From Macrostomum lignano (taxonomy: Eukaryota), in NCBI GenBank assembly GCA_002269645.1, contig NIVC01001491.1, positions 148,535 through 212,534 of the forward strand: a stretch of 64,000 nt of DNA, in the 5' to 3' direction. Positions 56,601 to 64,000 of the stretch are shown here, piece by piece. A program made the position numbers and the translations under genes. Every line of letters starts with the position of its first letter. The first letter of the stretch is position 1. The notes below the pieces were generated by a model. It made no database searches and was not told the origin of the DNA. It saw nothing but the letters and a program-made list of their open reading frames with translations.

Positions 56601-59600
56601 CCTACTGAGTGGTAGAGCTCCAGCCGTGCCTGTTGTGGGGCAGATTACGCTTCTAGTAGAATACGAGCAGAGAGAGTCTAAATGTATTTCCGATGAGTTT
56701 TTACTAAACAAGCTTCCGAAAATTAAAGGGGCTCATCAAGCGGTGGTTCGGCGGTGAAGGTAATTCTGTCCACTTCGCTGACTTCTAAGCACATCAAAGC
56801 TACAAGCGCGCCAATACTGTACGCAGGCACGCACTCATACACGTACGCTCACACAGGATGTACAGCGGCCCTGACTTTCTAAGGCATGTACACTCTCTGT
56901 GCTTCGGGGGGTTGGTTCTCATTGGTGTGAATTGCACGACAACCCACGGGAAAATTTTCGAGCACACAAGCCCCAAATGGATGTCGCCACGCACGGAAGC
57001 AAACCAGGGGTTGTGTCGCGGGAGTCAGCCGCGTTTCCCTCTGAGCTACTATGCTTCTTAATCCGCTTAGTATCCCAAAGAGCTGATCAAATGACCAACA
57101 ACACGTGTACATTACCTTTTCCTTGTTTATGTAGTGCAGGAACGAATCGTCAACCTTCACCACGTACTGCACGGTCTTGTTGAACTCGGCCACTCCGCCA
57201 GCTGCGCGCAGCACATCGGTGGTCTGCAACTCGCACACATAGAACGGCCAGGTGCAAAACAGGGACGGATTCGAGTCGCCACCGAGCAGCTGGATTCCTT
57301 CATCTGTCAGGGTTAGACGGCCAACGTGCAGCTCGACGAGATTTTCGCCGTTTTGCAGGTGCACAGTTTCGTCGATTTCGTCCACTCCGTCGGCCTCTTC
57401 GCTTTGAAGCTGGTTTTGCTGGTCGAGCAGAGCGAATTGCTTGGTGCCTGCAATGATAGCCCGGGGTGTCAAATAAGCTGTGCTGAACTACAGAAACGTC
57501 TTTTTTGCGATTGAGCATTAAACGTCTGTTGTGCCAGGCTTCTAAGCAATCCGAAGAAAAGGTAGGGTACACTCAGTACTGAAAGTTCTTGTAAGGGACT
57601 AGACAGCACTCTCGATAGCTTGAGTACGGCTTTATAAATCTCGTTTAGATCCAGCACTGAGAGTGAGCATAATTAATTGTTTTATCGTCTTGATCGCGAC
57701 ATGAATCATTTGTCCAGATCCCTTAAACCGTTGAAGGCTAAGAACTCTTCTTAAAAAAACTGCTTTCTCATCGCAACACCGGTAGAGACACTCACCATAG
57801 GCAACGTCTCTGAGCTGTCGCTCCAGTTTTCGAATTCTTGCAGCTCGAATGTCGAGTAGCTTGGCCGATTCGGCCATCTTGGCGTCGTGATCCGCTTTCA
57901 TCGCTTCTAGGCGACGCTCCGTCAACGACAGGCTGGCCTTCAGGTCCTGATTGATGCGATACTGAGCCTCCAGTAGCTGCCGTGTCTTGTCAAGCTCTTG
58001 GATCGTGTCCGAGTGGGCGGCTTCGATCTCGCGTAGGCGTCGCTGGTTGTCCTTTGAAACCTCAGCGTCCACTTGATGTAGGAAGTCTAGCTCAGATGGT
58101 TGCTGCTGCTGGCGCCGCTGCTTCACCAGCACGATGGCCTCTTCAACTTCGTCCAAGTCCACAGCACCCTCCTGCAGTTTTCGTCGTCGGAGAAATGTTC
58201 GAACCCGTTTGAATTTATAGAAGGACCCACTTTCGATTTAAAATGGAATGTCAAGATAGGACTTGCTAGCGCAGTCTCTTATCACTGTATTAACTATTTA
58301 TAATCAAATCCAGTTGTGCGTTTAGCCCCAGTTGGTCTCAAAAGTGTTTTTCTTTGATTAAAAAAGTCTATTGAGAATTACGAGTGTCAAATCAAAAAAA
58401 AATTCTACAAGCTACAGTGTGTTTTTTCTAAAATGTTTGCTCTCATCAGAAAAGCTAATCACCGGGATGAGCAGGACTTCCTCACCGCCGGAGATAAGAA
58501 TAATGTTACCAGTAGGGCTGCGGCTACTCTAACGCAAAGCCTCCGTTGACATTGTAACACAAACACGGAATGAATTTGGTCGCGTACGGAAACGAACCAG
58601 GGATGGTGACGTGGTCAGAAGCGTCTTACCATTGAGCTTCTCTTTTCTCTCACCGCTGATTGTGGGACAACGTCGCCAAATGCGTAGCATCAAGTGGCCT
58701 ACAACCTTATTGCAAATATGCTTTTACGAGCGTAGGTATGTGTCCTAAATATAAAATTGCAAACTTGCAAAACAAATGCATACTTGTATCAGCTTTACAA
58801 GCATCGTGGAATTCAATAGAATGATAAATAAGTTCTGAAATATCTAACGAAAATCCCAATATGCCTTAAATATCCAGCACTAACCTTGTTAATAAACTTC
58901 ATTTTTTCTCGCAGGCTCTCATGCTTCTGCTGCAACTCGTAAAATTTGATTCTCAGATTGCTCAGCTCTTTTTCAACTTCTTCGCCTTTGTTCCGTTCGT
59001 CCTCCAATCGGTCGAGGAACTCGCCTTTCTCGCCGACGTCTCGGTGCATTGTGGCCTCCAGCTGCTGAATCTGCGTCATCAGGGCCAGCTCGCGAGCTTT
59101 CCACTGACGCTCGCGCTCGGTGTCGAAAGCGCTGCAAAGTTCAGTAGAAGTTGCAAGCTGCAAGGGCATCTGATTTGTGAATGATTTGAAAAGCTATCCA
59201 CCCCTAGTTGTGCAATGGACGACAAAAGGACTCAAAGACAAGGCTCCTGAGCAAGTCCGTCTCTTTGTCTTTAACTTTATCAAGCTTTATAATTTTGATA
59301 TGTTTGTTATGCTTGAATCACAAACAAACATAACAAAAATAACATTGGGTCTGCATTCTATCATATACAGATTCATATCTTTCTTCTCAAGTAGTCCTTG
59401 AAATCAACATCGTTCAAATCGGATAGTTGCTCAATTTGGAATCGAAAGTGTTATTTTGTCTGTAAAAAACTGGAGAAAGTTCACATCTTTCAAATGCAAT
59501 TCGTATTTATCAAGCAAAATTTCCCATATTTTAAAGATTTTGCGATTGTGCGGTAGCTGTTTGAAATGCGACTAAAATATAGGCAGCTCTGACCTGTTTG

Positions 59601-60661
59601 TCAGCTTCTCGTTGGCTTCTCGCAGAATATTCGCCTCCTTGTTGGCGTCCTCAAGCGCGTGCTCCAGCTCCATCAGTCGCCGTCTGGTTGCCTGCGCCGA
59701 TCCGGCGCTCTCCTTCATGCTCTCGGCCTCGCGCTCTCGAGCTCTCAGCTCACGCTTCATCCGCTCCAACTCCTCTAGGAAGCGCGAGTTCGTCTCCACT
59801 GTCTCGCGCATCCGCTCCTCGTGCTGCTCGCAGCGCGCCTGCAGCTGCTCAATGATGGCGGACTTTTCGCGTAGCTCACGTTGTAGGCGAACCTTGTCGA
59901 GATCTTCCTGCATGGCTGAGCGCTTGTCTGTGCCGGCCTGCATGCGAGCCAAGTCCAACTCCGACTGAAGGTCCTGCGTCAGTTTTTTGACAGTTGAACG
60001 AATCGGTAATTGTCCTAATAAAATTTGAATAGCCTATAGATACAAGTCAAAAGTAATTGCGTAATTGGTTTTTCTTTCCGTGTTAAATAAAATGGCTCGC
60101 TATCCTACGTGAAGTACTCAAATGATGCTGTCACTACAAAATGACTTCAATTCAAATTTTAACAAATCAGTATTGAAAGAGCTAGTATAATAAGAATTAT
60201 TAGTACTTTCTTGTCTTAATTTTCTGTCTCACCTGTATCCGCCTCTGGTGCTCCATCTCCTGAGCGTACAACTTGTCCTTGAGTGCATCCAACTCAGATT
60301 CCAGGCGCTCGTTAGCCATCTGCAGCTGGGTTCGCTCGTTGCGCATATCTTCTGAGCGTCCCAGGCTGCGCTGACGCTGATCCCGCTGCATCTGCATCGA
60401 CTGTTGCTGCTGCTGCGGTGGCTGGTAAAGGACTCGCGTGTTGGGACCTCCGCGGGGCCGCGCTCGACCGCTGGGCAGTCCGGAGTCTCTCTGACCAGCG
60501 TTGCCGCCACCCGGCTTCGCCTGCTGCAGGAGCGACAGCCGCTGCCGCAGGTTCTCAGTCTGCTTCTCCAGCTCGGCATTGCGCAGCTCAAGTTTCACCA
60601 CCTGATCGGTGGCGCGCAGCTCCGCGGCGCTGGCGCCGTTTTGCACTTTTAGGGCGCGAAT
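53607..60661 (-). CDS. RPGRIP1L: RPGRIP1-like ciliary transition-zone protein (fantom/MKS5/NPHP8 family): coiled coil, two C2 domains, C-terminal RID; about 1291 aa found, 5' end not found
   Basis: Exons 60661-60233, 59973-59594, 59131-58885, 58171-57796, 57447-57116, 56629-56033, 55876-55373, 55286-55130, 55035-54973, 54842-54174 and 53728-53607, all frame-consistent. Diagnostic motifs: [64 protein letters not shown]. Confidence 0.93.
53829..54106 (-). mobile_element. SINE family 1 copy (internal deletion) in the last RPGRIP1L intron
   Basis: Head GTTGTAGCCTTAGTGGTTAC; CORE-like GTGTCCTTGAGCAAGACAC...CACCCAGCTGTAAATAGGG. Confidence 0.85.
56800..57050 (-). mobile_element. SINE related to family 2 with a different tRNA-like head, in an RPGRIP1L intron
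   Basis: Shares GTACGCAGGCAC..CACACAGGA.TGTACAGCGGCCCT..AGGCATGTACACT with family 2; head reads TAGTAGCTCAGAGGGAAAC...GGTTTGCTTCC. Confidence 0.7.
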
Positions 60662-61540
60662 CTGGACGATAGTTTTGGTTTTTGTTCGAGGGCGTTACGC
60701 AGAATTTTGTGGTTGTTATGTGACTCTGGGCGTGTGACTCTGGGCGTGTGACTCTCGAACTGATCCTTACGAATACGACAAAATTAAATAGATCACGATT
60801 TTTAGCACGATCTCATCAATAAAATACATGCGCTTCCCTTTGAAAATCCATTGAAACCATAGCATGAGGATAAACTGCACTACAGTTTTTTTTTCGCACC
60901 GCTATTTAAAATCAGAATGTCATTCTCTATGACCTCTATGACCTTTTATCGTTATTTTACTGCACACGGTTGGTCTGCTAGCTATGCCCAGTTTGTTGAC
61001 CGGTCACCGAAGACTGGTGTGAGTTAGATGAACACTGTCAAGAACCAGACAGAAGTTTTAAGTCCATAACAATGAGTACAGAACTTAATAGCCTTGGATT
61101 AGGAATCAGAAACTGAACTCGTACCCAAATTAGACTTCAAAATTCGAAACTCACGCGAACGAAGTTTGATGATAAGAAAGACAGCTGTTAGGGCTTTGAA
61201 TAGCAAAGATTTATTCGGCAGTTAGCGTTGTCAAAACATTTTAAATCGACGACAAATCCTCGCCGTAGATGTAATTTTGCGCTTTCGCTTTGAGGTTTAT
61301 AGAGTACATTGCATTGCGTTTTCATTTCAATATCTTTAATACATTGCAAGATAAAACGGTGACTTTGCGATAAAAAACTTGCAAGTGTTTTACATCGCGG
61401 TTTACGAGTACTGTAAGTGAAAGTTGCTTCCGAGCAAGAAGCGAAACAGAAGGTTTAGGAATATCAGAGTTGCCAATATATCTCTGCAGTTATTTTCGTA
61501 CAGTAAAATTATTTAAATAATGCAAGTTGCTCTTCTTCTG

Positions 61541-64000
61541 CTACTCCCAGTTTATTCGTTCGATTGCGCTGTTCACCGCTTGCAGCACCAGCTGCATCTG
61601 CTGAGGCGCCACGTCGGAGTTGGTTCGGTCAGGTGTGCTGGAGCCGATCCTCAGAGGTGCAACTGGCTGGGACGTCTCCTCCGAATCAGAGGAGCAACCG
61701 GTGTCAGTGCATGTGCAGGTGCTGCAGATGTCCTCGCTGCCTTCATCGCGCTGATGCTGATGGGCCAGGGTCGATTCGACCACTTCAACAACCGCGGTAG
61801 ATGCTGTGGCGAACTGCATGCTACCGCCGAAGCCTCGCGTGGCGGCGCTACCGGTCAGCAGTGCTGGCAGCGGTTCGCTCGAAGGTAAATCGACTTCCTC
61901 GCCGGAGCTCACTGGCTCCGTGTTGTTCTTGTTTGCAAGAGTGTCAGGTGAGCTATGAGCGCTACAGCTGCACGAACTGACACTGCTGCTACCGTTGTTG
62001 TCATTGCTAGTGCTGTTAGTGCCAGTGGTTGTGGTGCTACCAATCAAAGAAATCTCCACGCCGATTATTGACGACGGCACAGGTCGCACGCGCGGCGGTT
62101 GGCAAATCAAACAGCGAGAGAGCCTTGCCAGATCTGCTGCGTGTGTGGCAGCGTTGCTTCCTGACGGCTCAAGTTTCTCAGCCTCTGGTGGAGTCGGGAA
62201 GAAACTTAACAAGTGCTCGTATTTATCTTCATCGTCTGAATTGGCGTCGTCGTCTAAAACAGCATCAACAGTTCCAGTGTTGGCGTGAAACTCCGGACGG
62301 TCTTGCAGTTGGATGCGCAGCGCCGGTCGACGCCGATCCGCTTGGCTTGCCGGACCCGCGGAAGTCACCGCCACGCTCGGCGTTTCAGCGGCCACGCCAA
62401 CTCCGAATACAATGTCTGTTACGGCATCGTTAGATGAAACATACTGGTCGCAGATGCGGGTGGACGCTGCCATTGCGTTAGTTGGTTCGCAAAGCCGGTA
62501 CCGAGACGGGGGGTTATCTTCAGCTTGCTTCAGTGAGCACTCACTTGTCGATAGAATCACTGCATCAACGCGACAGACTTTGGACTCCTCGGACAGAGGC
62601 CAAGACATCATGGCTGGAGAGCCCCCGGCGCCAAGGGAAACGAAGCTGCCATTTAGATCAGCGTAGCTGCTGTCGCTATTCCAGATTTCCACCGACTGTC
62701 TGATGGTTTGCGTCAAAGTGGCAGTTGACGACGTTGGCGTGGCCCTGGTGCTTGAACTAGAGATAATTCCCATCATTTGTTGGCGCGGATTCGGCGACAG
62801 GTTTGGTTGTTGGAGTGTCTCTAACCGATGCAGTTTCGGCATCGGATAAAGCTTGGCTTGGTGCAGTTCGGGGCGATATTGTGCGACGTTGTCAATTGCT
62901 TTGGTTGCTCAGGCTCCTCTTCATCGCTTATTTTGTCTTCGTCAGTTGATTTTTGTTCATTGACATGCTCGACTTGAATGTTTTTAATCGATTGCCGCTC
63001 CATTGACTTGGGTATCGTGGGCGATGTATTTTGCTGTTTCTTGGACTTTTCAGCGTTGGGTTGTTTGTCTGGCATTGTTTTCTGATCGTCGTCACCATTT
63101 GGCGCGTGTTTGTTCTTCCTTTGCATCCATTTCTGCGCGCGGTGGAAGAGCTTGTAGCGGTAGAAGTGCGCCGCTACAAAAACACAGCAGCTAGAAAGCA
63201 TAGTACAATTGCAACTATAAGAAGAATGGTCGTCACGTTCGACAATGCGCCAGAGTTCGAATCAGACGAATTAACTGAGCTCGACTTCGTCTGTCTTGAA
63301 CTTTTAGGATCGTCGCTTTGCAATCGATTCCAGCCTCTAGATGGAAGCTCGAGCCATGCAGATTCCACAGCTAGCAGGAGCCGGGAGAAGCGATTCTCGC
63401 CCAATGCTGCCCGATAAACTGCAGCCGAGGCTGCACTTTCAGCGACTAATCGTTGTCGACGACCGCTACTGGCATCCTTGTCAAATCTGTTCTCTGAATA
63501 GTAGAACAGCTGAGTGCAACGCAATCGCGCAATTGGTTCTGACGTCACGAGCTGACTGACGCTGCTTAACGTTTGCTGGGGCGGCTCGCCTCCTCTGGGC
63601 TGCAGTGTGAACAGAAAAGCGACGGAAGACGCCCATGCTTGGCAGTCTAGCGGCTAGATTGGTCTCTAACGGGCATCGGAACTGATGGCACTGCACAGTA
63701 TTCAGACAGTCGGCCAGGCAGAACGCGTTGGCTGGTGCTGGTAAAACTTCTACCACTGAGAAAGCCACTAGACCGCGACCGCGAGCGTCCATTGAGTGGC
63801 AGCGTATAAGTATAGAGCCACCGGAAGTGCTGTCATTGTCTAGACGAATCTGAGTAAAACGCAGGCTAAGCTCGATACCCCCGCCAGGAATAGACAAAGA
63901 ATGAGTCTCTGTGGACGTTTCCACTCCACCAGGGAGCCGTGCAGTCTTTAGCTGAGTGACTGTTGAAGCAGCTGACGATTCTGACAACAAATCAAGGCCA
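61541..64000 (-). pseudogene. 3' part of a probable single-pass membrane protein gene with a long Ser/Thr/acidic tail, broken by two frameshifts; runs off the window
   Basis: ORFs 63990-63481, 63548-63174, 63201-62821 and 62842-61541 are collinear. Adding one T to a T5 run near 63177 restores TILLIVAIVLCFLAAVFFVAAHFYRYK. A second shift lies near 62900. A short intron is possible at about 63571-63511. Confidence 0.5.

Noticed and set aside
59132-59470. Extra RPGRIP1L exon at about 59370-59460 and an exon start at ATG 59169
   Set aside because: All frames of the candidate exon contain stops; the phase-2 join 59594 to 59131 gives KLTNSAF, matching the family motif.

Overview
Eukaryotic (animal, invertebrate) genomic DNA with GT-AG introns, SINEs and long microsatellites. 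Short introns and gene content would fit a free-living flatworm, but that is inference only. I found no rRNA, true tRNA or CRISPR array. All exon models were read by hand from splice signals and frame arithmetic; no database search was run. Left to right: (1) two paralogous secreted-protein genes, each 912 nt, one with an in-frame TGA; (2) a ~36-kb cluster of eight RING + B-box-like + coiled-coil (TRIM-like) gene copies, some decayed, among co-duplicated intergenic blocks, Gypsy, Crypton-like and MITE relics, SINEs and tandem repeats; (3) a minus-strand unit of five tandem copies of the RPGRIP1L C-terminal RID (C2-type) domain whose exons join in frame through phase-1 introns; (4) RPGRIP1L itself (11 coding exons found, ~1291 aa); (5) the 3' part of a frameshifted membrane-protein gene. 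Main observation: the last TRIM-like gene (plus strand, ~42.1-44.15 kb) lies between the RING cluster and the RID array and ends in a captured RID domain that keeps the RID-internal phase-1 intron. This suggests a locally evolved module of RPGRIP1L, a poly-RID protein and a RING-RID putative E3 ligase.
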